Shown here: piece after piece, positions 12,296-25,514 of the stretch
How positions within the stretch are numbered: the first letter of the stretch is position 1
Layout: each line of letters starts with the position of its first letter
Assembly: GCA_964016885.1 (NCBI GenBank)
Contig: OZ024745.1
Location: 77,190,001 to 77,254,000 of the forward strand
Source of the DNA: Eledone cirrhosa
Lineage: Eukaryota
Length of the DNA stretch: 64,000 nucleotides
Direction: 5' to 3'
Notes under the pieces: model-generated
What the model was told of the DNA's origin: nothing
Databases searched by the model: none
Seen by the model: only the letters and a program-made list of their open reading frames with translations
Program-made: the position numbers and the translations under genes

Positions 12296-13359
12296 AATAA
12301 TAATTGTTTCTACTTTTGGCACAAGGCCAGCAAATACCCAGTACATTACTGGAACTTTATTTTATCGACCCCGTAAGGATGAAAGGCAAAGTCAACCTCG
12401 GTGGGATTTGAACTCAGATCGTTAAGGGACGTAACTATGTTAGAAAGCATGGCGTCCGACCCTCTACCGATACTGCCAATCCATCTTAATAATAATTGTT
12501 TCTACTTTAGGCACAAGGCCAGCAATTACCCAGTGCATTACTGGTACTTTATTTTATCGACCCCGTAAGGATGAAAGGCAAAGTCAACCTCGGTGGGATA
12601 TGAACTCAGATCGTTAAGGGACGTAACTATGCTGGAAAGCATGGCGTCCGACCCTCTACCGATACTGCCAACCCACCTGATTTAAGCACAAGGCCAACAA
12701 TTTATGGGATGAAGAGAAAGTCGATTAAATCGACCCTAGTGCGGAACTGGTTCTTTGTTTTATCGACCCCGTAAGGATGAAAGGCAAAGCTAACCTCGGC
12801 AGGATCTGAACTCAGAACGTAAAGGGACGTAACTTTATGCTGCAAAGCATGGTGCCCGACGCTTTACCGACACTGCTTTTCCACCACCCTTATAATAATT
12901 TTAATAATTGTTTGTACTTTAGGCACAAGACCAGCAATTTAAAGGGGGGGGTAGTGGTAAGTCGATTAAATAGACCTCAGGGCATTACTGTTACTTTGTT
13001 TTATTGACCCTGTAAGGATGAAAGGCAAAGTTAACCTCGGTGGGGTTTGAACACAGAACGTAAAGGGACGTAACTTTATGCTACAAAGCATGGTGTCCGA
13101 CTTTCTACCGACACTGTCAATCCACAACCCTTATAATTATAATAATGGTTTCTTATATAAGCACAAGGCCAGCAATTTTGGGGGCGGGCGAAAGTCGATT
13201 AAATCGACCCCAGTGCGTGATTGGTACTTTATTTTATCGACCCCGTAAGGATGAAAGGCAAAACTAACCTCGGCGGGATTTGAACTCAGACTATAAAGGG
13301 ACGTAACTCTATGCTGCAACGCATGGTGTCCGACCTTCTACCGATACTGCCAATCCACC
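12296..13359 (-). mobile_element. Tandem array of five family A SINEs
   Basis: Five consecutive same-orientation units of about 190-230 bp: two short-form and three long-form. Confidence 0.88.
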
Positions 13360-13769
13360 AATGATTTCTGATTCGCAATCCCACTATAAATAACCTCGTC
13401 TAATTTAGCTACCATCTCCCACTCCTATTTTTCTGTAATGCTACTTCTTTGCTAAAACCTATCGATATTACTCTAATCTCTCTTTTGAGAGTCTCCATCA
13501 CCTGTTGTTGACGACCCCCTCCTCTCAACTTTGCTTAACTAAATTGTTGATCCGGTCCCTTGCGTGCCGGAAACAACATGTTCATTTTCCAGTAGCCAGG
13601 TCTTATCTACGTTGATCATTCAGATCACAAACTTGTGATCTGAATAGGTGACCGTTTGAAAGTGTGAACAACCTATACTATCCTTATCTATTGACCTATC
13701 TATATATAAAGTTGTTCATCTACCACGTGGTGTTTTATGAGGCTCTTTACTTGTAAACAAACCCAAAAT

Positions 13770-13960
13770 TAATAATTGTTTCTACTTTAGGCACAAGGCC
13801 AGCAATTACCCAGTGCATTACTGGTACTTTATTTTATCGACCTCGTAAGGATGAAAGGCAAAGTTAACCTCTGCGGGATTTGAACTCAGAATGGCAAGGG
13901 CCGTAACTCTATGCGTCAAAGCATGGCGTCCAACCCTCTACCGATACTGCCAATCCACCA
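13770..13960 (-). mobile_element. Family A SINE
   Basis: Full-length match to the other copies. Confidence 0.85.
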
Positions 13961-14006
13961 AAATTAATAATATTATGATAATATAGTATTATTCACTCGC
14001 AAATAC

Positions 14007-14040
<34 letters not shown>

Positions 14041-14180
14041 ATTAATGAATTGTGTGCGGTATTCCATATTATAGCTAAAAACAGACAACTCACGTGGAGT
14101 GCTTAGAATGCTTACACCAGAGTTTATTAATTGTGGTGGTGTAAATTCAACACTGATAATTAATTGTAGGCGTTTCGCCT

Positions 14181-14246
<66 letters not shown>

Positions 14247-14889
14247 GCCGTTGGTAGGCTTAAACATGCTGTGATATACCAAACTAAGTTTAACCTTGAG
14301 TACTCCTTTGTTGGAGCTAGTCATCACTGATTCAGTTACTCGGATGCATCCATTTCTACTCAGTTTTTTTTTTTTTTTTTGCATACTCTTCCACGTTCTG
14401 ACACTGATAGATCAAATATTTTTTTTTTAAATGTAAATACCTTGGGTTAGCAAGTCAATAAAAAATATCTCGGCTTAGAAAGTGTAACTATCTTAAAATT
14501 GGCAACATGCTAAGTTATATGTTTTTAGGAACTTGATTCCAATATTTACACTTATGACGTATTATGTGTGTGCAAATGTGTTTGTATTTGTGCATATTAC
14601 ATCTTACGTTGTTGTAAGCAAATATTAGCAGTTGTTTTATAAGCATTATTATTACAACAGAAGTATTATTAATACCTTTAGTAAACAGGTTATATAGAAA
14701 GATGTCTCGGCTTTAGCAGGCAAGCAAATGGTCGATGTCGGCAAAAGATGCAGAGAACAGATAGGACAATGAATGATAGAGAAAGAACGGTTGTGTGTGT
14801 TGTGAGAAATGGAATATGAAAGTAAAGCAGTGGAAGTTAGATAAATGGAATATGAAAACGGAGCAGGCAGACCAAAATAGAGTGAAGTG

Positions 14890-14959
<70 letters not shown>

Positions 14960-15354
14960 CATGTGTGCATACTTGCATATGTGTGAGAAAGTATGAGAAC
15001 AAGTAGGAGGTCAACTGCTTATAGAGTTGATCAATACAGCAATAGAAAGGGAAGCGGTCAAAGGAACAAGCATAAAGAGGAACTAGTGAGAACCACAAAC
15101 GCACACACACACACACACTCACACATACATATATATATGTGTGTGTGCGTGTAGTGTGTAGTGTGTGCGTGTGTGTGTAGTGTGTGTGTAGTGTGTGTGT
15201 AGTGTGCGTGTGTGTGTAGTGTGTGTGTAGTGTATGTGTAGTATGTGTGTGTGTTATATACGACTACCCTCCAATTCGACCATTTTTATTAAGGATTTTT
15301 CCGTATTTCCTTCGTTCTTTATTCTTAGTTTGAAATAATACCGTTCCTAAATCG

Positions 15355-15404
15355 ATGTTTGTATTAACGTTTCGAGGTCTTCGTAGCCCCTTCTTCAGAA
15401 ACAT
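15355..15404 (-). ncRNA. Hammerhead candidate downstream of a Penelope GIY-YIG relic
   Basis: Minus strand: atgttt-CTGAAGA-a-gggg(ctacgaaga)cctc-GAAA-cgttaatac-aaacat. The stem III and cleavage-site region are imperfect. Confidence 0.5.
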
Positions 15405-15552
15405 AATGGTCATACTAATGGCGTAATTTTCACATGCTTGGACGTAGTCATAAGGTATCAAACGAATGGTGAGAGATCGCGGTTACCTGATTTAAATTTC
15501 ACAACAGTTGAAACAAGGCAATTATTACAAGTGGTTTCACGTTTGCTGCATC

Positions 15553-15730
15553 CAGTGGCGGATTTACCATTGTGCTTAAATGTGCTTATGCACAGGGCCC
15601 CGTTGGCCAGGGGGATGGGCGCATATCCCTGCCAAAAAAAAAAAAAAATGTTTACCTCCTTCACTGCCCCAAGTAAGAGGCCTCACAACTTAACTAGCAC
15701 AGGGCCTCATTTGTCCTAAATCCGGCACTG
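15553..15730. mobile_element. hAT-type MITE
   Basis: TIRs cagtggcggattta / taaatccggcactg; near 8-bp TSD gctgcatc / attgcatc; internal gggccc motifs. Confidence 0.8.
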
Positions 15731-15769
15731 ATTGCATCTGTGTGTTAATTGTTGGTTTATATTCTATTA

Positions 15770-16030
15770 GTGAAGTCTCCATGCTTTGAGTGAAATTCTA
15801 TATAAAATTATAGTGGTAACAACTAATGTAGGTCTATCTAGTTTTGGGGGGCATATACTGTATGGAAGTGTGCTGCGATGACTTTTTGTTGTAAGTGCAT
15901 AGTTACCCGACGGGACATTGTAGTGATTGTGTTACTGATGTAACAATTTTGGTCATCGTCGATCGACCTTAATGACAAATAACTTTATCTTGAAATTTAT
16001 AATCAACAACAGCACCAATGCAAACTTAGT
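15770..16030 (-). pseudogene. Decayed Penelope-type GIY-YIG endonuclease
   Basis: Minus strand reads VVDYKF...NCYISNTITTMSRRVTMHLQQKVIAAHFHTV, fitting the VVY.F / YIG.T.TTLSRR.TMH pattern. Confidence 0.6.
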
Positions 16031-16149
16031 CCAGGACACCACCCATTCTTAGACATAAAGATATGAATTAGGAATTGAATTAGGAATAACAAATATAGTA
16101 CTTCTGTTACACTAAACATACAAAAAAGGCCTACACATGCACTCAGATA

Positions 16150-16640
16150 GTTAGTGCCCCAACAGATAGAAAAGATCTGCAGTTAAAACTTTCATTAGAC
16201 TATCTTTTAAGTTTGCATCCATTGGGGACGATTTAAATAAGGAAATCTCACGTATACAACAAACATTTATATACACCTCGAAGGGCTCCTTCCTCAGACG
16301 GGCTGCTGACGTTCCGATCAGTACGGGGTTCAACTATACTGAGCGTATACTGAGCGACAGAGAGGCCTTCGCCTGTTCAGTCGGCCAGAACCTGTTCGAG
16401 CTCTGGGGCCATGTCAGGTTCGGCCGTCTTGCTGACGATAACGTGACTGGAGGATAATGGGGAAAGGTAGGCCGGTAGAGCCAGATCCGAAGTGGATCGG
16501 AGGTCGAGGCCACCGAACCTCGCAGGGAGCTTCACCTGTTGCCAGCCGGCACTGTCGAAACTGACATTGCAGATGAGTTCTGCATAGCATCGGATGATGG
16601 CGTCGAATTCACCGAGAAGATATGTGTGGGTGTTACAAAG
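16150..16640 (-). mobile_element. CRE-like non-LTR retrotransposon fragments
   Basis: WQQVKLPARFGGLDLRSTSDLALPAYLS (post-RT motif) and IGTSAARLRKEPFEV, the latter shared with 11080-11125. Confidence 0.7.
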
Positions 16641-16879
16641 TGCACCACGCAGCGTGAATAGAAATATACTACAAAAGTACCAAAACAAAATAAAAGCTCT
16701 TCAATAACACGCACTCACAGACTGCTAAATTACAAAACGTACTCCTGATAGCCAATGAGATTTATAAATTTCAATAGAAATATGAAAGTTGCTAACTTCA
16801 TGACCAGGTATCAATGATCTCCTACCTCTCCCACCATACTTTAAGACCATCGCTAAGTCCGTGACCAATATGCCACTGG

Positions 16880-17070
16880 TAAAACCATTTTATTTCTAGA
16901 GATGGAACGGGAAAAGCTTTGGAACGTTAATAGTGCGCTACTGTTCCAAATTAAGCATAAAGAACTAATAAGGAAATACGAAAACTCCTTAATAAATATG
17001 ATCAAACAGGAGCATAGTCGTGTTTTCAATATAACACGTATGAAAGAAAAGCTGTCTCTACTTATACACA
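16880..17070 (+). pseudogene. Possible Penelope ORF N-terminal fragment
   Basis: LIRKYENSLINMIKQEHSRVFNITRMKEKLSL resembles the IRK.E...K...S..FN..C..E.LLP start seen in some Penelope-like ORFs. Confidence 0.35.
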
Positions 17071-17172
17071 CACACATATACATGTGTAGGTAGAGAGAGA
17101 GAGGGGAAATAGAGAGAGAGAAAGAGAGTGAGAGAGAGTGAGAGAGAGAGAGGGGGGAAATAGAGAGAGAAA

Positions 17173-17224
<52 letters not shown>

Positions 17225-18699
17225 AACACGCGCGCGTATGTATGTGTTTATGTAGTTGCATGTGTAAGAAGGAAAGTGCTAGAGAACATGCATAACAGCA
17301 TAACAGTAGAAGAGGATGCAGTGAAAGAGAATTCTGTTTATCTGACTCAGTGTTTATTTGACTTCCTCGAGAGAGAAAAGTTGCACTACAAATTTCTCTA
17401 ATGAGAATTGAAACTCATGACCTAACCAGAAGATAAAACAATATTTATTCAATGTTCTTTGAGTTATTTGTTTCTTCCTGGATTGGAAAATTATCATCAT
17501 AATCATTACTGTTATCATCACATCGTCATCAATCTTGTTGGCGACGTCGTTGTCATGCAATTTAACTTTAATCAAAAAGCATTATTCATCCAATTAAAAA
17601 TTTACACTCCTGAGACCAGAGCTTTTCATGTTTTTTTGTTTTTTTTTTAATATATAATTTAACCTTTTCTATTCTTCTGCGAGAATGATCCTCTATCAAA
17701 ATCATTTCTCCTAAACCGAAAGATCATGTCCTACACATTCGACTGAGTGCATACGTGCCATAGAACTGTTCAGTCAGAGCTAACCTGAAGTTACACAATA
17801 AAAATCAGACTTTAAGCTCAGCACTTTTTGAATGTTGAAAAGAAACGAATATTTTCTTCGCTGAGATCAAATATCTTGGTATAAAAACCAGTTCCTCTTC
17901 TATATTGCGTTTATTGAAGATGTCTCCCTTACTATTTGTTTTTAGAATTTCAATGCCTATAGAGGGAGTTATGTCTATTAGATTCATGAATAATCTCAGA
18001 TAATGGAACTTTCTCAACTCAGAATATTAAATCTGTGGGAGCCTATCATACTTTTCAGGCTTGTATAACTATCAAGCTACAACTTTTATTGTCACTGACA
18101 ACAACAGACACGTCTCTCTGACCTGTTAATGATAGTTACTTTTTTAAGAAGACAATTTTTTAATAACAAATTGAGCAACCACATAGAAGTTCTCTCATCG
18201 AATACATTTTGTGTACTTCAGTCTGTTGTAAACACAAACCTGTCAAATCTCCCCGTCAGATAGGGAGATCTCCCTCCCTCTTTGAGCTGGGCAATTGATT
18301 CGCAACGGAGCACGCAAATGTAAAGGCGATGTCACGGAGACATGCTCTTTAGAATTGAAAGTTAAAGTCTCTCAAGTCATCAGACTCATCATACCGGTGT
18401 TTATCCGTGGTTTCATTTTTCATCAGCCATTGTTGTCATTCATTTTCAACTGAATATGATCTTATTCCGTCATATTGAGTGGTGAGAATACACTCTATGA
18501 TACAGAGACATTGCCTTTCAACTCTATTAAGGGTATAAAACTTTAGATAAGCTCATGACCCTCTCGCAGGCGTTGCGCATAAGAATTTGTGGTAAAAAAA
18601 CCCTTAAGACCAATCATCAACCATATCAATGCATTGGACTAATTATAAGCTTATTGAATTGTAAGAAATGAATGAACGAATCTATCCAGTCAATTATTT

Positions 18700-20270
18700 T
18701 TTCTTTCTTTTCAATGCGGTTTGAGAGGTCTTTTCTTTTCTTTTCTTTTATTTATTTCTATCATTTTCTGTCTGTTTTCCAGGTTGTTTGCTTTGGTTTT
18801 CATATTCTTCAATGAGTGTATCTGAGAAAAAACCCACTTTCTATTGTAATTACAGTTACTGTTGCATATGTTATTTCGTTTAATTTGGTGATATTGATTT
18901 TCATGTCGTCCATTTTCATGAGGTCTTTAGGCAGTTTTGTGAGATTTTTGTTGTTGTTGCTGCTATATTATCATTGTGTTTCATCCTTGAGGAGTACTCT
19001 CTTTGGTCCATAAAACATTCTGTTGCTTTTATTTTTTGTTTTTATTTTTGTCTTTAGATTTTTATGTTCATGATGTCCACCTTTAAAATCTTCTATTCTT
19101 CAATCTTCCTTGTATTTCCTTTTATTTATATTTTTGTCTGTGCTGCTCTGGTTCGGTTTTCATTGGTTAATATTCTGTCGATATTTTAAGGTTTGGTTTT
19201 GTTGGTTTCTGTACTTCACCTTTTTTTTTGCAATTAAGTTTACCTTCGCTGCTTGCGTTCTCAACATTTTAATTTTTTGTTGTTTGTTTTTGTGTTCGTT
19301 ACTTCTGTGTCCGTTGTGTTTTCTTACTTTTAAGTGTTTTATCATTTGTCATTAGAGTATATCTTTTCACGTTAGTTTTTTTTTTTTGTGGTCCAACGTT
19401 ACGTTTTATCTTCAGATTTTATACAAATATATAGGTGTTGTTTCATTTTGGGTGAGTAAGAGAATCACTGTAAAATATGCTTCTAAAATAGAAACGTATT
19501 CTTTTCATGCCCATCTATACCTTTTCTGCTTGAGATTTAAAGAGTTATGTCCGGCTCTTTATTTAGATTGTTATATCAATTTCATCGGGTACCAGCCTAT
19601 TTGACTCTGATGATGTTCAGTGTTTTTACAAATTTTATGTATCAGATTCAGGGTTCTTATTAACCTTGGAAGGAATGATACGACTTTTCGGTTTATATTT
19701 GTATTGCTTGACAAATTCGTGCACTTATTTGCTATAATCGATAGTTTTTTATACGTGCTATGCCATCGCCAACCACTATGAATATTTGTAGTATATTAAT
19801 TATATGAGGTAATGCTCAAAAGATTTTACAAGTATTACTTAGTTATCATTATTCGTCTTATCTTTATTACGTATTGTCACTGCATTATTGAGCACAGACC
19901 TGTGTACCTTGGGTATGTACAATGTGGTTTTGGGTGTTGTTATTTCTATTGTATTGAGAATGTTCTTCGTCTGCAGTGCCTAGTAGCGGCATTTTCTGTA
20001 TGTTACATACAGTAAGGTCTGGATTTCTGGGTATGTATCTGTCTGTGTGTTTTTTAATCATTCCCAGGGCACTTATTATTATAGTGCTTGTTTTAATCAT
20101 CCACATCCAAGTTATTTCTTTCTCCAGATCGGTAATTTCTTCATTTCCTTGATAGATATATTGTCGTTTGTGAGGATGTGCTGTTTAAGTTCTGCTATTG
20201 ATCTGAGAGTGCTTTGCGTTGGTTGTTGGTTGTACCTGGCAAAGCTAATTGTTTGGACTGTGTAGCGTTA
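18700..20270 (-). mobile_element. Decayed R4/Dong-like (REL endonuclease) LINE
   Basis: C-terminal IIISALGMIKK...NIQKMPLLGTA motif at about 19960-20100 on the minus strand; further Lys-rich ORF remnants at 18700-19350. Confidence 0.55.
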
Positions 20271-20469
20271 TGAGCCCTGATATGGCTTGTATACTTTTTT
20301 GTTCATTTTTATCTTCATCATTATTAGAGGAAATAAGTAACTGTGAAAAGTAATAGTACACATAATGTAGGTTCTGAATTCAAGTGTTACGAAGATCAAC
20401 TTTACCGTTTCATCCTTTTTATTTCAATAAAATATGTACCCATAATATGCCGAGATTTATTTATTCAAC

Positions 20470-20552
20470 AACGGGGTGTCCCAAAAAATGTATACACACG
20501 TCAACAGCATTCAAATAAATATGTGTATACATTTTGGGGGACATCCTATATA
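20470..20552. mobile_element. Tc1/mariner-type MITE
   Basis: ggggtgtcccaaaaaatgtatacac...gtgtatacattttgggggacatcc TIRs; relatives at 24140-24250 and 55962-56483. Confidence 0.7.
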
Positions 20553-21173
20553 TCTCTACTACACTACAAATTGATATCATCATATTAATTCAAGAAATCA
20601 TTATTACTACTAGCAGAAAACCCACCTTTTGTGGGGTTTTCTGCTAGCATGTATAATGTGCATATTGATATTATACGCAAATATATATGCATGTAGATAT
20701 GATACGTCAAATAAAATCGTAATGACAATATGCACATAAATTGAAGAAAGACTGTGTTACACTCTCTTCTGTAATCAGTAAAGTAATCCATGATACATTT
20801 AAAAAGGACGACATTATATATAAACTGCATTACGGCGAAATGTTATGAAAAAATTAGCGATGGAAATATAAACATTATATAACGATGTAAATATATGAAC
20901 GTTTATATCGATAACCGGAAGTGTTGACAATTGAAAATTTTAAAGAAGTGAATCGTAAAATAAGCTATACATTTCTTATATATAAAAATATTTATGTTTA
21001 ATCACCAGCTACGAAATTTAGTAGATACATTACATAATATTCATTCATGATTTATTCAAAGTAATCCAACTTATTTTAATAACGTGTTCAGAAAAAATAT
21101 CCCTGACACAATCCCACAGTCCTCCAATCATTATATATTAGATTTCTAAATGCTATTTATTTTCTTATTGCAG

Positions 21174-21282
21174 TGGTATTGTTGTTGTTGACATTGATCT
21201 CACTAAAGTTCAAATTAACCAGTGTGCCAGAGATGGGACGCTCTTTTCAAATTCGCACAAATGCCGGCTTGAAACTACTCAG
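21174..21282 (+). CDS. GPR158/GPR179-like class C GPCR, first visible coding exon (end of Cache domain)
   Basis: Acceptor tttcttattgcag and donor gtaagt. Translates (t)GIVVVDIDLTKVQINQCARDGTLFSNSHKCRLETTQ, matching the DIDL..V.I.QC...F...HKC motif of GPR158/CG31760-type receptors. Phase 0 joins the next exon. Missed by the ORF track. Confidence 0.9.
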
Positions 21283-21859
21283 GTAAGTTAATACTGCTAT
21301 TGATATTTCTGTTGTCGTTGCTATTGTTGTTCTGTTCATTATTAAGTATCAACATTTTTATAGTATTGTTTTAGAATAGCTTGTGTTGTTGCATTATCTA
21401 ACGAAAAGGGCCTATTTTCTGACAGATTAAAAAGCTTCCATTGAATATATTCAAAACACATTTGTAATTAAATCGATGTAACACTGTCAGCGAATGAAAG
21501 AACTCGTCATTTCTAGACTTCACCTGCTGTTTACAGTGATTAATTATATCATTTCTGGTTTATCTGTACAGAAACAAAAATCAAATTTTATAAGTTCCCT
21601 ATTCAATGGAATTTGCATCTTACCTTGCGATTAAGAATCTGACCTAGTAACATGTTTTTAGAACTAAACTAAAATACCTGATTGTATTTAGGTTCAGTGC
21701 TTCGACAGGATCATTTCTCCCAGAGATCCATAAAATAAATATCAAATATATGCTAGAATCGGCTGAATGGATTACTACCTATTGTATACATCCATCGTCG
21801 TGTGCCGATGTCAGAAATTGTTATGAGATACTGCAATAGTTGAATAGGCGTATGATTAC

Positions 21860-21924
<65 letters not shown>

Positions 21925-22397
21925 AATCATCTTCACCATCGTCATCATGGTCGTAATCATTGTCGACGTTATCCTCATCATTAGCCTTAATACGTATGCC
22001 AATGATATTCATTCTTCAATGGTTTGTATGAATCAAATAAGTTTATAATGTTTTTGTTCTCTCATCAAATGCCATCAAATGATTGCCCGTTTTTTTTTTC
22101 TTTGTAATACTTTAGACATGCCTTTGATGCATCATTAAGAACTGAGCAGTTATGTTTGAGTTGGCAAGGTTTATATATTCATGGGCATTGATTCAACTAA
22201 TGCAATAGTCAAATGATATAATTATTACTATACCAGCCATGTATGGCAATGTCATGAAAGAATATTAAGTCAGGACAACTACAACAAAAAAACTGCGCTT
22301 CGACTATGTACCGGTGTGTGGAAACACTACAAGACGACAGAATAAAACATTCTCCTTTTGCTGACTGCCTTACGCTTGTATTTCTGTCTTTGACTAT

Positions 22398-22502
<105 letters not shown>

Positions 22503-22815
22503 TTTCTTTCTCTCTCTCCCTCACTCTCTCTCTCTAAACATATATTGCTACGATGATATCTCAGTATCGTTTTTGAACAGATAATCGAATCTTGAGGATT
22601 CGACAGAAATGAAAATAGAAGCTACGACTTTGATGTAAATGACGAGATATAGCTACAACTAAGTATTAAAGCTTCGTTACAGTCACAGACTAGAATTTAA
22701 CTCAACCCTGTAACTCTACTCTGCAACTCTACCTCCACTATGACGTCTATTTCTACTCTATGAATTTACTTTTATACATACATGTACATACATATACAGT
22801 ATATCTGTATGTATA

Positions 22816-22872
<57 letters not shown>

Positions 22873-22878
<6 letters not shown>

Positions 22879-23587
22879 AACAAGGGGAGAAGAATACTGC
22901 ATGGTTGCACATGGATTACATATTATAAAATTAGTCCCTCATCAGTGATTTGCCAACCATCATTGGTATTTCATCGCATTAAAAATCAGATACCTCAGGT
23001 TGGTGCGAGCAATAACTAAAATAAGCTATTGGGACAAGTGAAACGCGTAAAGCGAGTGAGACAAGTAAACAACAGAAGGAAAAGCAAACCGAAGGTTGGG
23101 AAAACAGCAAGCCACATGGTAGTTATCCGATCAGCATAAGCTGGGTGAATTTCATGAGCGGTCAGAGAAGCAGACCGTACGCCGTGAATGCGGTGTGAGA
23201 AAGAAGGAACCCCACTACTAGCGAACGGGAGGAAGTGAGAAGGGGAGAAACAGAGAGTGAGTGAGTGGAAGTGCGAGGAAGAGGTCAGTCGAGAGAAAGT
23301 GTTAACTGACAGAGGGGACGAAAGAAGGTAAGAGAAACAGAGAGAACGGGGGAGCAGTAAGAGAGAAAGAGAGAAACAGATAATCGCAGTTTAGGTAAAT
23401 ATATATGAAAAACAAGGGGAGAAGAATACTGCATGGTTGCACATGGATTACATATTATAAAATTAGTCCCTCATCAGTGATTTGCCAACCATCATTGGTA
23501 TTTCATCGCATTAAAACTCCGATACCTCAGGTTGGTGCGAGCAATAACTAAAATAAGCTATTGGGACAAGTGAAACGCGTAAAGCGA
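22873..23587 (-). mobile_element. Partial tandem (about 1.35 units of 532 bp) inserted in (TA)n, Penelope pseudo-LTR-like
   Basis: Direct repeats 22873-23055 and 23405-23587 are nearly identical. The minus strand is pyrimidine-rich and contains CTGATGA. Confidence 0.6.
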
Positions 23588-23788
23588 ATATATATATATA
23601 TAAAAGTACAGCATATTCGAAGTTCGAGTAGCAGCTAAGCCAACGAATGCCTTCAGCACTCGACAAGGTATAGACCTCAGAGTAATAATATACAGTTTAA
23701 AGGGCGGGCTTTGCAAATTGAAAATAGCGACCGCTAATTCAGCTGCGTGATCTGTAGCAACGAAAGAACTGACTAGTGAGAAAAAAAT

Positions 23789-23837
<49 letters not shown>

Positions 23838-23876
23838 CACACATACATACGTATATGTACATATCTGTATATATAA

Positions 23877-24250
23877 CATACCTGGATGGACCGTCACTTC
23901 GAAATTATTGAATATCTAAGTGAGGTTTCTGTAAAATCCGAAATCAACAAAATCCGCTTGTGGTGTATACAAGTTAGGTTTCTGGAAGATCGAACAGAGA
24001 ACTTACTTTCTCAACAGGCTTTCGTTCTAACCCAAAACTCGGTGTGATAGCACATGTTACTCCAAAGGGCGATAACCCCGGTTTATGGCGGTGTCAAATT
24101 CAAATTATGAGCAATGGACACCCTGATTGTATATATATATATACAATCAGGGTGCCCCCCCCCCCCGAATGTATACACACTTTGATCACCTGGACAGACA
24201 ATTATTAGAATGCTGTTGAAGTGTGTATACATTTTTTGGACACCCTGTGT
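23877..24250. mobile_element. Two back-to-back Tc1/mariner-type MITEs
   Basis: Junction ggacaccctgattgta(TA)n tacaatcagggtgccc; the second element ends gtgtatacattttttggacaccctgt. Confidence 0.55.
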
Positions 24251-24300
24251 ATGTATATATATATATATATATATATATAGTAATTGGAAGAACTCGGCGC

Positions 24301-24374
24301 AGAAATGGCTTCTACTGGACTAGAACTGTTTCAATCGAAGGCAAGCAATCATCAGTCCTGTAAAAGCCATTTCT
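24301..24374 (-). ncRNA. Short-core hammerhead variant candidate with a long stem I
   Basis: Minus strand: agaaatggcttttacagga-CTGAT-gattg(cttgcctt)cgatt-GAAA-cagttc-TA-gtccagtagaagccatttct. The same 3' half occurs at 32042-32071 on the + strand. Confidence 0.5.
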
Positions 24375-25514
24375 ATATTAAATTTGTTGTATATATTCCA
24401 CTGTGTATATTGTGTGGTGTGTGTATGCATTGATATAAATGTGTGTGTGTATGTGTAGCTTTAAAAACTTATTTTACATTCAGTGGATATAGTGGATATG
24501 CTTCCTCTGAGTAGAGAAACAAATAATGTTTTACATGACTTTTGAGATTTTGAATAGTCCCTATATACAATATATGAAAAATGAGTCAATATTTGCTATC
24601 ACAGCTAAATCAAAGCTGGAGAATCGCCTTCTTTGTGTTATTATTGAAGAAATGTAGAGTGTAGTTAAAGTGTATAACAATGAATGATAAAAACTTCTAT
24701 GTTACTACTGTCTATGTTAGATCGGTAGTTTGTATGTTTTAAAGTCTCTGAAAGTAGTCCTCACTGAAGGTTTATCTCCTGGCATGATAACACAACCAAG
24801 TAAGATTGGATAAGAGAAGTTAGATGATCTTATAGATACACACAAATGTATACATACACACTGATTTTAACCTATGACACGGCTAGTTAATTTTCGTTTA
24901 GAATTTCTACAATTTCATTTAATAAATGAACCAAACCTTTTATATCTCTAGTGAGGCAAAGTTAACAATGTTGTAACTCTTTAAGATACTGTCAATTACA
25001 CCAAATTAAGAAATTTACTTTCTGTTCGGACATCCTTCCAGTTTTTCAGAGCACTATACAACTAATCTGATATTATATTCACTCTGAAATGGCAAACAAA
25101 TGACAACACATCGTAACGAATCACCTTTGTTACTATAATGGAAGCGTCGTACATCTATATATATAAACATACACATAATTTCGTACATATATATACACAC
25201 ACATACAAGTTCATACTTAAAGGTTTATATAAATATACATATAATAAATCACACACACAACTAAAAGTAGATTTTGATACATTGAAAATGATATACCCTG
25301 GTAACATATTTTTGTGTTTATATAAATCCACCTATACTAATAGATTGAAAAACAGCAAAACATACACAAAAAGAGAAAACAAACAGATATATACATATGT
25401 CAATGTATTCGTGTCTATATGCATTTATGTAAGTATTTACATATATGTATCATCTCAACCATCATCATTTTACATCAGCTTTTCTAAGCTGGCATATCTA
25501 TCTATATCTATATA

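Noticed and set aside
1-21173. Upstream Cache-domain exon(s) of the GPCR
   Set aside because: I found no PYFDC-like coding segment with a phase-2 donor. They probably lie 5' of the window, although a short exon could have been missed.
23605-23700. Hammerhead on the minus strand (gagt...actc-gaac-ttcgaa-ta)
   Set aside because: Both core segments deviate and stem I is not evident; too degenerate to call.
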